From: Bilabrum cf. latius
Lineage: Eukaryota
Length of the DNA stretch: 62,732 bases
Reading direction: 5' to 3'
NCBI GenBank assembly: GCA_965178125.1
Contig: OZ237744.1
Span: 1,302,001 to 1,364,732 of the forward strand
Position 1 is the stretch's first letter. Every line of letters begins with the position of its first letter. Made by a program: the position numbers and the translations under genes. Shown here in pieces: positions 27,402-40,600 of this stretch. The notes beneath the pieces are model-generated. The model had not been told where the DNA came from. It saw nothing but the letters and a program-made list of their open reading frames with translations, and did not search any database.

Positions 27402-27585
27402 TGCTTCCAGATCAGATCCCATGTTGTTGTAGAGATTTAGTCAAGTGCCTGTAGCAGTGTGTGAAGCAGTGTGCCGTAGATCTACCGGACAGGAAGGACT
27501 CGGAATCGGGGCAGGCGCTGGACTCCATGTGTTTTCACTGTCGTGTGCCCCTACAGCACGCCTTCACGTGGTAGAAGGCGCCGGT

Positions 27586-30177
27586 ATGTCGTCCGCCGGT
27601 GGGGTTCACGTGTTGGTTCACAATGTGTCAGCAGCGCACGACTTTTTGCTCGCAATGCAGTCTGAACTATCTCGTGACGAAGCCAGGAAACTTCCTCCGG
27701 ACCTTGCTCGTCCGACGTTTCATGCCAATCATCCGATTGCTTCGAAGTGTCTGATTCACGCTCGGGAGCTCTTCGAATCCGACCAGTTTACAATCTTGAA
27801 GCATGTAACAGATGGTGGTGACAGGATCCCTGCTGGGTTTTCCCTGGGTGATGGCGGCCTAACAGTACCGTGGAAACACTTAAAGCTTAGGTGTAGTGAC
27901 CATCACAGCAAAGCTCTTAAAAAGCATGAGGGGGGTGCGGGTATGCAGTCGCACGGCACAGTCACAGCGTGCTTCTTTCCGCTCGTGGCACTCATCATTC
28001 CGGCTTGGATTAAGCTATGTCAAGATGCGGAAGATCGTGAGGCATAGCTGTAGGCCTCTCATCATGGCGTTTCAGGCGCAGCTGCAGCCGCGAAACGCCG
28101 CCGAGTCGAAGGTAGCGAATCGAATGAAACTGCCGCCGGCGGAATGAGCGGCTCCAAGCCTCGAACGGTTCTGATCCTGACTAGTGGTGCAGGGACTCCC
28201 AGAGATGGTAGCTCCGATGCAGATGGAAACTCTACCGCAGTCGCTGCTCTGCTTATCGAGCTTTTTGTTCGCGCCGCCTTTGAACAGGTGGAGGTGGTGC
28301 AGGCATCGAGCGGACCTGGAATCTTCCGCTTTGACCGCAACAACGAGTTCATTGAGGGGGTTCTTCGACCTGCGGTGGATGCTGAGAGGCATGAAGCTCT
28401 CTGTCGCTTCGGGGAGGACTGGCGGAAACGCTTTCGGTTGACACTGTCCTTGTCTGCTGGCGCCCCCGCCCGGGTAGCTGCCCTGAGCGCCAGTCTGCAG
28501 TCGTACCGGCCCAAGCTGCTGCACGCCGTGGAACTCAAGCATTTTTGGCACAGCGGGCAGCTGTCTCGCGGCGACCTCGAGTGCCACGAGTACTCGGTGG
28601 TGTCCTCGCACCCTCCTGTCAGAGCCGAGCTGCTACCTGAGCCACTGCGGTGGATGGTGTCGCAGCTGCGGGCGCACCACCGGCAGTTCACCGCTGTGCG
28701 GGAGGGCCCCTACCGCGGGCTTGCGAGCAACGACAGGCTCCCGAGGCATCCTCTAGCGGGGCGCGGGGCGGGCGATCCTATCGATGGGGACGGTTCCTGG
28801 CAGGACGAGTGGCAGTGGCAGAGCAACGACATGGCCACATTCTGGATGCGGAAGAGCAGGAAGCCGGTGCTGGCTGTGCTCTTGGTGCGCAAGCAGCGGG
28901 TAGCCAGCTCGAGATCAGCCGGTGCACTCTCAAGCAGCAGCTCTGTGGGATCCTCGAGGATGCAATCCCAGCCTGAGGGCAGCGCTGCAGGATCGCAGGA
29001 CAGCACCGGGAAGCTTCTTCCTCTCCTGCAACTGCCTGAGCCCGCGTCTGGAATCCAAGCCATCAGCGGGGAGCGCGGTGGGGTCGTGTTTCGTGAGGAC
29101 CCGTCGAGCGAGTACTTTGCGTACCGCGGCCTTAACATGGAGGTGAGCATGCCCACTGGGTCGCTTTGCTCAGAGCGGGCTGCCATCGCGAGCGCTCTTG
29201 CAAATGATCCATCGCTGCTGCGGAGCGAGTGCGTGGCAATCGCGGTACTGAGCTCTACGCTGCTTCCAGAGTGCTCCTGGAAGCATGCACCACATTCGGG
29301 CCCGCCCAAGAGCCAGAACAGCCGGACTGGAGCTGAATCTGAGTCGGCTTAGCTCGCTGGCGGGGCTGAGAAGCACGTCGGTGGCAGCAGCAGCAGCAGC
29401 AGTTGCGGTAGCAGCGGCGATCGTCAGACTAATGGACGGGCTGCAGCAGTCGTCAGCACCAGCACCGGAGCAGTGCCTCTGGCCGATGAGCGAACACAGC
29501 CCGTTCGGGCTGCGCACTCGGCGAGTGCTGGCCGCGGACAGGCCGAGTCCGAACAAGAGCTCGGCCCCGTGTGCGGCTCGCGGCGCGTTGGGGCCGTTCG
29601 CTCGCGGAAGCGAAGGTTCTCTGCCCTGCTGTCTTCGTTCGGAGTGCAGGCAGCCGAGGCCGCGCGCTCGCAACTGGAAAGGGGAGGGGATGGTGGTGCA
29701 GCCCCGGGGGTGCGGGGAACAGGTGCCGATCAAGGAGCACAGGGGGCAACAAGGCTGGGCTTGTCCCATCCCTGGGTCGAGACCGGGGCGGGGTCTAGAA
29801 GCAAGAGCGGGTCGGCCACGAACGGTGTCGTAACCGGTGCCAGCGGTGGAGACAGTCTGCGCCCCCCCGCCTCTCCCTCCAGGTCCGGCTCCTTTGGGTC
29901 GGCGCAAGAGGCGGGGGCCATACTGCAGCAGAGGCCGCACGCACCGCCTCCCAAGTGCCCTGAAGCTCCAGTAGTCTCGTCGTTGGAAGCCGCGCGGCTG
30001 GGACTGGGCAAGGGGCCAGACGGGGGCGACAAACTGCTCAACCCCCTAGCTCCGTGCGGATCGTGCACCGAGTGGCTCAGGAAGATTGCGGAGGCAAATC
30101 CAGAGTTCAAGACGCTGACTTTTTCTGATACCAAGGCAACACACGTGTACGTACGAGAGGTGGAGCCCGCGCTATGA
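27586..30177 (+). CDS. Cytidine deaminase-like Zn-binding protein; 3 in-frame TAG
   Basis: YRGLNMEVSMPTGSLCSERAAI and NPLAPCGSCTEWL lie in the same frame, separated by TAG 29350. Also TAG at 28045 and 28051. TGA stop. Start is approximate. Confidence 0.75.
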
Positions 30178-30315
30178 GAGGGATTAGCTACAGGAAGCGT
30201 TGTGTGGGCTAGTGCCACCACGCGGTCTTTTGGCAACGAAGGGAATCGAGATTAGCTCTGATCGAGATGCAAATACATACCTTCGGGTGATCCTCGCACG
30301 GTATGTTCCATTCAA

Positions 30316-31516
30316 TCACTTCTTCACGAGCTGCACGACGTCCTCATCGTGCAGCACGTGGTCCTTGCCCACCTTCTGTGGCTGGTGCTTGACGCTGGTG
30401 CCCCACACCCACGAGTACTTGAGCTGCGGCAAGATCGACTTGTGGATGCGCCCGCACAGCTGCTCGATTGTCGGGTACCTAGTGTGCATCACGATGGGCG
30501 CGCTGAAATCTGGAATGGTGCCCTTGGGCTTGGTGAATATCCGCGTCATCTTGCACCTCTCCCAGATCTGCTCGAGCAGCTCGTCGAAGTTCCACTCGTC
30601 CTTGGCAGAGATGGGCACGAAGTGGGGGTGGTCGCACAAGATCTTGAGCTCCTCCATCGAGACCTTGTCGATCTTGTTGAGCACGTAGATGCAGGGAATG
30701 TACACTCGGGAGCCCTCGATCACGTCGATCAGATCGTCCACGGTGGCGTCCGGAAACCGGATGTACACCTCGGCGTTCGGGATTCGGTACTCGGCGCAGA
30801 TAGCACGCACAATGTCCTAGTCGAGATTCTTCTAGGGATACAGCGACTTAACGAATATGCCGCCTTTCTCCTTTTTGGTCACTGTCATGTCTGGCTTGGC
30901 CTTGTTCAGCCGAATTCCGAAGCCCTCGAGCTCATGCTCGATCTTTTTCTTGAACGTGATCGGTTTGCTAGCATCCAGCACCAATAAAATAACGTTGCAT
31001 GTCCGTGCGGTACTGATTACCTGTCGCCCTCGCCCTTTGCCGTCCTTTGCTCCTTCGATGATCCCAGGCAAATCGAGGATTTGTAACTTGGCGCCCTTGT
31101 ATCTCAAATTGCCAGGAATGGCCGTCAGTGTGGTGAACTCATATCCGGCAGCCAACGATTCTGTCCCTGTTAATTTCGTGAGCAGCGTAGACTTGCCCAC
31201 GGACGGGAATCCAACCAATCCTACGCGTGTATCGCCTGATTTGCTAACGTCGAAGCCGTCGCCGGCCTTCCCCTTGCCACCTTTCGGGCCTGACACCAAC
31301 TCTGTCTTCAATTTTGCTAGCTTGGCCTTGAGTAGGCCCAAATGTTTGGCGGTTGCCTTGTTCTTCTGGGTCCTGTCCATCTGCAGTGTGCAAGGAGTGG
31401 CGTGAACAGTGCACGGGCAATACGAGCCAATTCGCGGCCAATCGTCTGACTTCTCAGTCGAAGAACATACTCCTTACCTCTCTCTCAATTTCTTTGATCT
31501 TCTCTGCTGTCGACAT
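30316..31516 (-). CDS. DRG1: Developmentally regulated GTP-binding protein (DRG); intron 31381-31477; TAG at 30832 and 30817
   Basis: [47 protein letters not shown] domain [12 protein letters not shown]1 versus DRG2 assignment is tentative. TGA stop. Confidence 0.92.
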
Positions 31517-31682
31517 GATGATAGCTCGTTTCGATGCGGCCAGACAGAAGAATTGTGGATTGGACCAAAGAAGTTCCGTTATGTGGCGCCGCGCGTCAAG
31601 GATAACCGGAACAAACGAAAGGCTTGCTGTGCCTGCCAGTCTCTCTCAGTCTGTCTCTCCACAATCATCTACAGTGCTACCA

Positions 31683-33809
31683 ATGTCCTATGGACAAGTA
31701 GTCGTTGACGGGGCGTGTTTACTTGCTCTGGTGCTTGCATGCTTGGCCATTGCTGTGTACTCTCACCACTACTTCCATGTATCTCGACGGCGGCCTGGCG
31801 AGCCGCCAATGGCCCCAACCAGCCTACCGTACGTTGGCCACGCCTTGTAGTTTGGCCGAGATGCGCAAGGATTCATGAAGCAACTGTCTTCTGAGTATAG
31901 AGGTGCGTTTACTCTCTTGCTTGCGGGCAACAGAACAACAATTGTACCAGTGTTTGACGCTGCGGCGATATACCGAGCCACCTCCCTGCAGTTTGATCCA
32001 ATAGCTGATGGTGTGTCGAGCCGAGCGTTCGGTGTGTCCTACCTTGATTTTGGATTAGATTAGGAGTGGGTGAACAGGAGCTATAGGAGGCACTTACAAG
32101 GCGCTGGGCTTCTGGGGTTGACGCAGGGGTTCCTTGAGGCGCTGCCAGCTGCCTTCAGTTCAACCTCGCACGAAGACGACACTGTGCCACTGTACTCTTT
32201 TATTTTGAACAGTATATTTATGGCTTCCTGCACTGCCCTGTTCGGGGCTAGCAGCGCAAGCACAAGCAACCTGCGGGCCTTTTGCGAGTTTGACGACTCC
32301 TTTCCTATTCTTGTTTCTGGAATCCCTGCAAGCCTGATGCCATCAGTCCAAAAAGCAAGGTAGTAGATTCGATCCATCTTCAGTACGTTGGACGACTCTG
32401 CACACGAGATGATGCACGAACGCGATGCTAAGCTGCGAGAACAGGCGCTTCGGGACAAGCAGTTGGGCGGGCACGGAGGAGGAGCAGGCGAGCAATCTCG
32501 GGAAGCCATGCAGTCAGAGATACTGTGGGCAGCAGAGGCAAACACCGTACCGGCCGCGTTTTGGTGCACCGCGTATATTCTCCGAGACGATCGAGCATAC
32601 GGAGTGCATCGGCTGGTGCGGCAGGAGGGACTTGAGGCGCTGGGCAGGGCCCTGCTGCGGCGGATGGAGCAGTGCCGCGCGGGATAGGGGAGTGGATGCG
32701 GCGATTCCAAAACAAGAAGCTCAGTTGGGAAATCTGAGCTGCTTGGGAAGAGCCCCGGCCCCGCGACAGCCGCAGCCGGAGACCTGCCCAGCGGCACGAC
32801 CAGCCCTGCTCCGAGCCTTGCGGCAGCTGATGCATCCGCCAGCAGGAACCCAGAGCAAGCTAATATCCCAGGCTAGCTGCCGCACTGGGTCCCTCGCAGC
32901 GTTCCCGACCTGCTGTCGCTGCTACAGCCCCGAGACCTGGACGGGCTGGCGGTCCTGGACTCTGCCATCACCGAGACGCTGCGGCTGACGGCTGCCAGCC
33001 TCACGGTCCGGGTGGCCACCAAGCCATGCACGCTAACGGTGGGCAAGGCGCGCAGAGAGCTGGCTCTAAATGCTCTGAAGGCCGCTGGCCTAGGCCCTGA
33101 GGACGCCCTCGAGGGGGAGATTCCGGAGGTGGAAAGCATCAAGATCCGCAAGGGGGACCACGTGGCGCTCTTCCCACCCATCCTGCACAGGGATCCTGCG
33201 GTGTTTCCCGACCCGGACGATTTTGTATTTGATCGACATGCAGACACCGAGAGAGTCTCGGCTATCCGTAGGCGGGCGATGGCCATGGATGGACAGACCG
33301 GCACGGGGAATGACGAGGAGGCCCAGAGCAGCGTGAGGGCTCTGGCAGCGGAGGAAGCAAAGGCGCTCCCGGCCAAGGCGGTCGAGAGGAAGCACCAGCT
33401 CCGGATCAGGCTGAAACCGGGCTGCGCTCCCAAAGACACGCGACCGGGGCAACAGAATTTCGTGCTTGCACCCGCGCCGAAGGTCGGTGGTGATAGCGTA
33501 GTAATGCCGTTTGGTGGAGGGAGATCCAAGTGCCCCGGCCGCATGTTCGCCAGGAACGAGATTCGGCTTGCAACTCTGTTGATGGTCATGCTCCAGCGAG
33601 CCGAGTTGGTCGCAGATAGCAAGGCAAGCACAGCTGGCTCTGCAAGTGGCGGGGCTTGGCCAGAGTTGGACAAGACGCGCGCTGGCCTTGGCGTGCTGCC
33701 ACCAGCAGATCGAGACGCTTTGCGAGTCAGACTCAAACCAGTGCCTGCTGCAGTGCTAGCCAAGGAGGCCCTTGCTGCAGTAGGGATGTATGAGCTTCAA
33801 ACGAATTGA
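31683..33809 (+). CDS. Cytochrome P450, CYP7/8/39-clan-like; 6 in-frame TAG
   Basis: TM anchor, RRPGEPP...LPYVGHAL[TAG]FG, I-helix LWAAEANTVPAAFW, K-helix LDSAITETLRL, heme motif PFGGGRSKCPG. TGA stop. Confidence 0.88.
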
Positions 33810-33829
33810 TTGATCAATGCAACTTGAAG

Positions 33830-34246
33830 TCACATGTACCCCGTATCACTTTCGAGCAGCACAGTTGCCGCCTTTTCCTCGACTAAATCCCACACAGACT
33901 TGTCGCTCTTGAATGAAAGGAATGCCTCAGACTTCTAGTGCACCTCCCCGAGAGCTGCCTCCGTTGAATACCTTTCGTAAATGAACACTTTGTCCTGATC
34001 TTCCCGGGCTTGCAGGATCTTGTACGACAGCGTTTCAACCTCGTGCTATTCACAGTGAGCTGCCAGTCTCTTGATCTTGCTCACAAATGCGCTTCCTGCG
34101 CCCTTCTTGCAGCGCACAGTCACCAGCAGCACAAACGCACTCATCTTGCTGCGCTTCTGGGCGGCCGCCCGGAACGCAATGCCTGCTGCGGCCACTCCTA
34201 CAGCGAATCCTGCAGCGCAAAGCCCGAATGCGTCGTACTTGCTCAT
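33830..34246 (-). CDS. ABM (antibiotic biosynthesis monooxygenase)/YgiN-like protein with N-terminal hydrophobic anchor; 2 in-frame TAG
   Basis: FVLLVTVRCKKG...HCE[TAG]HEVETLSY...DKVFIYERYSTEAALGEVH[TAG]KSEAF. TGA at 33830. Confidence 0.7.
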
Positions 34247-34430
34247 TGCAGCGAAAAGTCGTGATTGCTGACGCAGAGTCTAGGAAATGTACTAAAAGTA
34301 CACTATTGAGAATTCTTTTTTTAGAGTCTAGACTCGCGGCACTGCAGTGCAATTCAGCAATTGCATCATTTTTTCATGTCACTTTGCCAGATCTCAGCGT
34401 TTAGGTTCTGCCAGTGTCTGCGACAAAGTA

Positions 34431-34785
34431 TCACCGCTCCTTCCTCCTGCGCTTCTACGCGGGGCCTCCCGATCTTCGAGAGCTCCCCGCTCGCACGCGG
34501 CCAGCTTGGCCAGCGCTTGCCGATTCGCGTAACTTGCGCCTGGCAGCTGCTGCTACTTCTTTGTTCAGAGCCCGCCTCGCAGCCTTGGAATCCAACAAGG
34601 CCGCAGTGCTGCTGTCTGCCTGGCCACGCCTGCCCCTTCCGTCTCCCCGCTCCTGGCTACTGTCGCCGTCGCTCTCGTCATCGCTGCCATGCTCAGCTTC
34701 CAGTCCGGCTGCGAAGCTGTCATCGCTGGAATATCCCTGACCGTGCCCATCCCCATCCTCGTCCTCGTCCCCATCCCCATCCCCA

Positions 34786-34817
<32 letters not shown>

Positions 34818-36680
34818 TTCGTCTTCGTCATCCTCGTCATCCTCCCGCATGCCTTGCAACAGATCGAACGGATCCACCCCCGCCAACCCCCCTTCGCCAC
34901 CAAAAGACTCATCCCCGCCACCAACAATCACGTCTGCTTCCTCGTCCGATTCTCCCGTGCCCGCCCCTCCAAACCTCGACTCTTCCATCTCCCCTGACGA
35001 CCCAGCACCTCTGCTCGTGTGGGCCTCGGAGGTAGACACTGGAGGGGCAAACGCACCCAAAGACGCAGCCGCACCTTCCACCGCGCGCCCTAGAGCCCGC
35101 CGCTCTGCCGCCCCCGCCCTAGAAGCTGCTCCTTCTCCCACCTACCGCAGCCATACGGGTGTGGTCCACAGAGCGGCCATCCTGCGCGCATCCACCGCCA
35201 CCTCTGCGAGAGACCTTCGCATCGCGCGGCCTTCGAGCGCCCACAGCTCGTCATGGGTGGTGGCGTGCCCGGCCACCTGAGACACCGACAGGTCTCCCTT
35301 GGGTCCCAGGCCCGTCTTGCGACCAGCGGATCCCCTGCTATCACCCACACTCCCTCCACTTTCCTCGTCGCTGCCAGCGGCACCTTGCTGTTCCTGGTCT
35401 TCCCCTTCCGCTTCATGCCCCGCGCCCGCCCCGCTCTCCGCCTGCCGCCGCTTCACCCGGAGGAAGTAATCGAGCTCGTTCCTCGCAGCTGCCAGAGACT
35501 CCTGCCCCAGCAACTTGCCCAGCACCCCCTCCCCCTCAAACGCAGCCAGCACCTGCCTCTGCTTGAGGTACACGCGCCTCACCAGCTCGCCAGAGTCAGC
35601 CCTCCACACCCGCACGCACCGGTCCATCGTGGCGGCGCAGACCAGGGGCAACCGTGGGTGCACGCTGATGCTCTTCACGCTGCCTGCGGCCCCGTGATAC
35701 GCCCGACTGACCTTCATGGCGCGGAGATCCACCCGGGACACGTAGCCGGCGGCATCCCCCACGTACAGGCTGAGGCTGGCAGCATGGGCGCGGGATGCCG
35801 TCAAAGCAAAATCGCGAGCGTCGAGCACAAGCTCCTGCACAGGCTTCGCGCTGGCTCTTGCGTCCCAAAGTCTAACGTGCCTGTGCCTGCCGGTGGATGC
35901 TAGGACAGTGCCTGGGCGACCGAAAGCGGACGGGCCAACAGCACTGCCGGCACCGCTGCTACTGCTCGAAGTCGAGGCGGAAGCTGAAGATAGCGCCTCT
36001 GCTCTCTGTGAAGGTCTTAATCGTGCTCCTGGTGCGTCCACTTCACCATGTCTCTGCTTTGAGAGCAGACCCACCGGCAAGTCCGGCGAGGACTCGATGA
36101 ACTGAATGGACGAGGCCCACAAGTCTGACTCGGCCCCGTACTCATCATCTGCAGGCATGCTGCCCCGAAAAGTTACGGCGCAGCCTCGTTCAATATCGAA
36201 CACCTGTGGAGGTACATTTCTCCCTGCAGCTGCTGCCACTGCAGACATGGACGATCCCGCCAGGCAATCGATTCTGGCTGGCCCCTCCCCGTGATCGGGC
36301 AACCCAGGTGGAAGCAGCTCGCATGATACCGTAGCAGCCTCGCCCTCACTGCTAGGCTTACAAAGGGAGAAACATGCATTTCCACCAGACGAAACGGCTC
36401 CTGCCACCATCGATGCCGACGATGAGGCGAACGCAACTGCAACCGTGGGTTCTTTGGGCCCTATGATCACGTGCTGCGCACCAGCATCCCGAGAATTCCA
36501 TAGATTAACACGATTAGACTTGGTCGCCTGTACAATCTGGAGTGAGCCATCAGCAAGCATCCGGAACTCTGCAGCTCGCGGCGCATGTTCCTTCGAAAAG
36601 GCTCCCCCTCGAATGATGCGCTCTCTCTCCAAATCAACCGCTTTTCTCCAGCCGCACTCATCCAGCGTAATTATTCTCAT
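34431..36680 (-). CDS. WDR74: WDR74/Nsa1-like 60S biogenesis WD40 protein with acidic C-terminal extension; TAG at 35142 and 34455
   Basis: VRLWDARASAKPV, GAAGSVKSISVHPRLPLVCAATMDRCVRVW, RVYLKQR. K/R-rich end at TGA 34431. Confidence 0.75.
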
Positions 36681-36908
36681 ATTTTAAAAACTAACCAATT
36701 GAAGGAAGCTGCGGTAGTTCACCCAGGGAGCTTCGAAATGACCGCTGATGAACTGCAAGTGCTCTCGCCGCCGGATGGGCCGGAGCCAAAAATGTGCAGT
36801 GTGCTACGGATGGGTACGAACCGGATCTACATAGTCAATTGCGCTTTCAACTCGTCCATTAGGTCCCGTGCTTCAAGTGTCCAGCGGGGCCCCACCCGAC
36901 GGGACACA

Positions 36909-37991
36909 TCAGTGAGAAGTCTTCATTGGCCCGCCGGAAGCGAACACGAAAGGGCTAGAGCTGCCTCCCTTGCCTTGCCCTGCAGCCCGGGGAGCAGGCC
37001 TGCCGGCCCCGCGGGCGCGGGCCCCGCCAGCCCCCGCTCGGGCCGACGACTTGGTGGGAGCCGCTCCCCCCGCAGCCACCCAGCCCTCGTCGTGCCCCAC
37101 CTCCAGGCTGGCATCGCCCAGCTCGGCAGCGAGCCGGGACAGCACTGCGTCTGCTTCGGCAGCAGCAGCAGCGCCCAGCGATGCAGCAGTAACCGGACCG
37201 CCGGTGCGTGCCACAAGAGGGCGCGCCGGGGGGGCGGACGAGGACGAGGCGGCCGCAGCGGTGCTCGCGTCGGAATCAATTGTGACCTTCTTCGACTGCG
37301 TCGCCTCGCCTTCCTTCTCAGGGGCCTCAAAGCCCGGCACAGCGCCTGCCACTGCCTTCGGGACATGCGTCCGTCCCTTGCGAGACTTGCTGGCTCCGCC
37401 GCTCGCCGCGCCCCGAGCACCTCCAGACTTCCCCTTGCCCTTGGAAGACTTCCCACTCTTCATCGGGTCCTCAGACAGCTTTTCCTCGAGCCAAGCCGCA
37501 GCCTTGCTGTCAAGACTTTCGCATTCCCGCAGCAGCGTCCTGCGCTGCGCTCTCTGCGCCTCCTGGCCTGCCAGCTGGAGCTTGTCGAGGGTTACCGACG
37601 CATTGTCCACAAAAGCCTTGACAAATTGGCGCTTCTTCTGGGCTTTATCGCCATCTTTTGGGATCGGGAGGCCCGTTTCTTTCAACTTCTTTGCACCTCC
37701 CCCGCTCTTCTTGCCGCGGCTTCGCTTGGCTTTCCGGCCCTCGATCCATCTGGTCAGCAACGAGCTGACCCGTTCGAGTTCCAGCTCGAACGCTCGGAGA
37801 ACTCGAGTTGCTTCTTTCAGTGCTTCCTTCTTCAATTCTTCTTCGGTGGGACCTGCAGCAGGTCTGGGACTTGACGCGGCCTTGCGAGGCGCCGCCGCGG
37901 CTGCCGCCGGCGAAGCACTCGGGGCAGGAGCAGGAGAGTCCTGCACATGCTGCTCCTATTGATTTGTCTCACCACCAAGGATGTTTCCCAT
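36909..37991 (-). CDS. Hypothetical protein with possible N-myristoylation (MGNILG) and BAG-like helical segment; 1 in-frame TAG
   Basis: MGNILGGETNQ[TAG]EQ continues into track ORF 36909. TLDKLQLAGQEAQRAQRRTLLRECESL resembles the BAG helix 2/3 pattern. TGA stop. Confidence 0.5.
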
Positions 37992-38167
37992 GCTGCGATG
38001 GGTCCCAAACCTTGATTGGTAGGGCAGCAGAGACTGCTTGCTGGCGTGCGGCCGGGGATCCCGTATTCGGTATTCATCTTCACGTTTTGACTCGTGCTGC
38101 CACCCGTTGGTTGCACGCTCCAAAGGTATTTGGCCTGAATACAACGTATCCATTATCAAGGTAGAAG

Positions 38168-40600
38168 ATGTCCACTGTGATAGACGCTTTTTTGTCACCT
38201 CAGAATGAGATCAGACGCAAGGTATCGCGCTCTCGGCGGCGAAGCTCTCGCGGAAATCGAGCAGGCTTGCGCGCCCTGCTCTCACCAAACCTGGCTCCAG
38301 TTGGACATAGCTCCCAGAAACTGTAAGTTTATGCATTCTACTCAAGATACGCACGAATTTCCTGGTACGACTAGCCTAATCGGCTCGTATTTTCCCGGCG
38401 GCGCAGTAGTGGCAACCGCAGTAGACGCGGCAGAACCCCGCAATCGGCCACTGCTTCTAGGCTGAGCCTGGACAGATCGCCATCACCGGTTCAAATAAAG
38501 CGTAGGTAGGTGCTCCGGAACATCGACAGGAATCATCGACCCAACTCGACCAGAAAGTCACTCCAATTGTCTGGAACTGCAACGATTGCGAGACCAGCTG
38601 GTAGCCTTCTGCAGTCGCAACCATTGAGGCGAATGGTGTCACCTCGGCTTAAGACTTGCTATAAAAAGAAAGAAGGGGCGGGCAAGGAATCCATACGGTC
38701 GTAGGAAGGTCGCCTAGTGCGTAGTCCGGAGGCGGCTGTGGAGCAGCAGTCAAGCAAGAAGGTGGCTGGCACGGCTGCACAGGGGTCTTCTTCGCCTATA
38801 GATGCGTCCAATTCGTGCAGGAGGGTCATAAATACACCTACACCTGAGACCGGCCATTTTCCAAGCAAGGACGACCACCAATGCGCGCGTCAGGTCGCGA
38901 GTAAGGAGCCTGTCATGTCGTCTGCCCCACACGCAGAGACTCTCCGAAGTGCTCTGCCGAACCCCTTTGTAGAGGCTGCCTTGGGATTCTCTAGCTAGAG
39001 CAGAATAGTGCGCATGAATGACACGCCAAACGCTCGAGAAAGCTCCAGCCCGCATCCGGTCGCTGAAGCTGCAGCTGGCCAGGGGGGTGTGCAGAATGGC
39101 ACCGTCCGCCCAACTGGTGGTGCAGCTGCCGTCGATCCATCAGCGTGGGTAACACCCAACTCCCTAGCCGATGAACTCCTCCAAGATATTGCAGGGGCAA
39201 GCGCTGGGAACCGAGAGGGGGGCGGTGAGGACCAGCCGCAGATTGCGAGAGACCAGGGCAGCTCGCGCTTCGGCGTCATGCAGAGACTTGCTGCCCGTCT
39301 GCAGACTGCTTTGAAGCAAACACCCAGCGGGTCTGACAGTGGCAGCAAGCACAAGCAGCACCCGACTCCTGTGCCCCTGGCAGCAGGAGTCACGACTGAA
39401 GCCGCCACCCGGGCCCTGGAGGGCATGCAACTGCTGCACCGATGGGGCTCCGAGCAGGAGGCAGCAGCCCATGCAGCGCAGCGCAAGCTGGACTTAGCAA
39501 GAAAATAGGCATGTGCCTTTTAGAGCGAGTGCGACTCGCTGCGCAAGGAGCGCGGGTCTCTGGCATCCCGGCTTTTTGCTACCCAGCTGGACCTGACTGA
39601 GGCCAGGGCGAGGGTCACCGGGCTCGCTGCCGCGGCGCGTCTGGCGCACGAATAGGAACAGCGAATGCGGGCGATCAAGCACCGATGCAGAGCTGCGCAG
39701 CAGGTGGCTGCGACCTCGCGGCTTCCACTGGCAGCTGGTGCGAGGAAGAAGGAAGCAGGCACACAGACTGCGTCTGGAACTGCAGCAGCTGGTGCGAGGA
39801 AGAAGGAAGCAGGCACACAGACTGCGTCTGGAACTGCAGCAGCCGTTGCATTGGAGCACGCAAGCACACAGACTGCCGCTGGTTCTGCACTACCATCAAA
39901 GCTGTGCTCGCAGGAATGCGTTGGAGTTCACAGCATTCGCCCTTCCCAGGCCGTGGTGTTGCGCCCAGTAGCTTTATCCCCTAGCTCCTCCCGAAGCCCG
40001 GTAGCTTCATCCCCTAGCTCCTCCCGAAGCCCTGCTCCACCAGGAGCCGGCAGTGGCAGCGGCTCGCCACGACTGGCAGGCCACAGCGCGCAGATGGGCA
40101 TGATGCGCGTTTCGTTCTCGCCAGCCTCTGTCTACGAGGAAACCGACCATCCGGGGCCAGTACCAGCAGCAGCAAAGCCAACAGTGATTCCGGTCTACTT
40201 CAAGTCGCCGCCCGGCAGCAGTGGTTGCCCCCCCGCCCCTGAGATCCGGAAGCTCCCTAGCCTCACGCGCCCCGATGAGCTCACTGATGATGCTTGGGCC
40301 AACTGCTACGGGTCGCATGTTCCAGCGGATGCGACTGGGGCATACCGCCGGGCCCCTTGGTTGCAGACAGCCAGCAAGCGTGCGGCTGGTAGCTCTCGTG
40401 GCAGGCGCACGGCTGTCTCCATTGGACCAGCTCGACGCGCGCAATTTGGCGGTGGTGTTGGATCTCGAAGGGGCCATGTCACGCTCGCGCATCAAGCTAG
40501 CCTTCGCGTTGGCCCTCGGAAGCGGGCTGTCTCGCGCAAGCCCAGTCCGCTGGGCAGGCCAGCTAGCAAGGCTGGCAAAACGGGTCATCAGAGCAGCTGA
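38168..40600 (+). CDS. Coiled-coil/disordered protein with repeated TQT motifs; probable intron from 38323 (acceptor uncertain); about 6 in-frame TAG
   Basis: Track ORFs 38510, 38717, 39008 and 39665 share a frame and are separated only by TAG. The 5' structure is inferred from GTAAGT at 38323. TGA stop. Confidence 0.5.
39731..39843 (+). repeat. Exact 54-bp tandem duplication (encodes AAGARKKEAGTQTASGTA x2)
   Basis: Copies start at 39731 and 39785. Confidence 0.95.

Noticed and set aside
38323-38326. In-frame TAA as evidence for UAA=Gln
   Set aside because: It lies within a GTAAGT donor consensus with frame-compatible acceptors downstream. It is probably intronic, though this needs RNA-seq.
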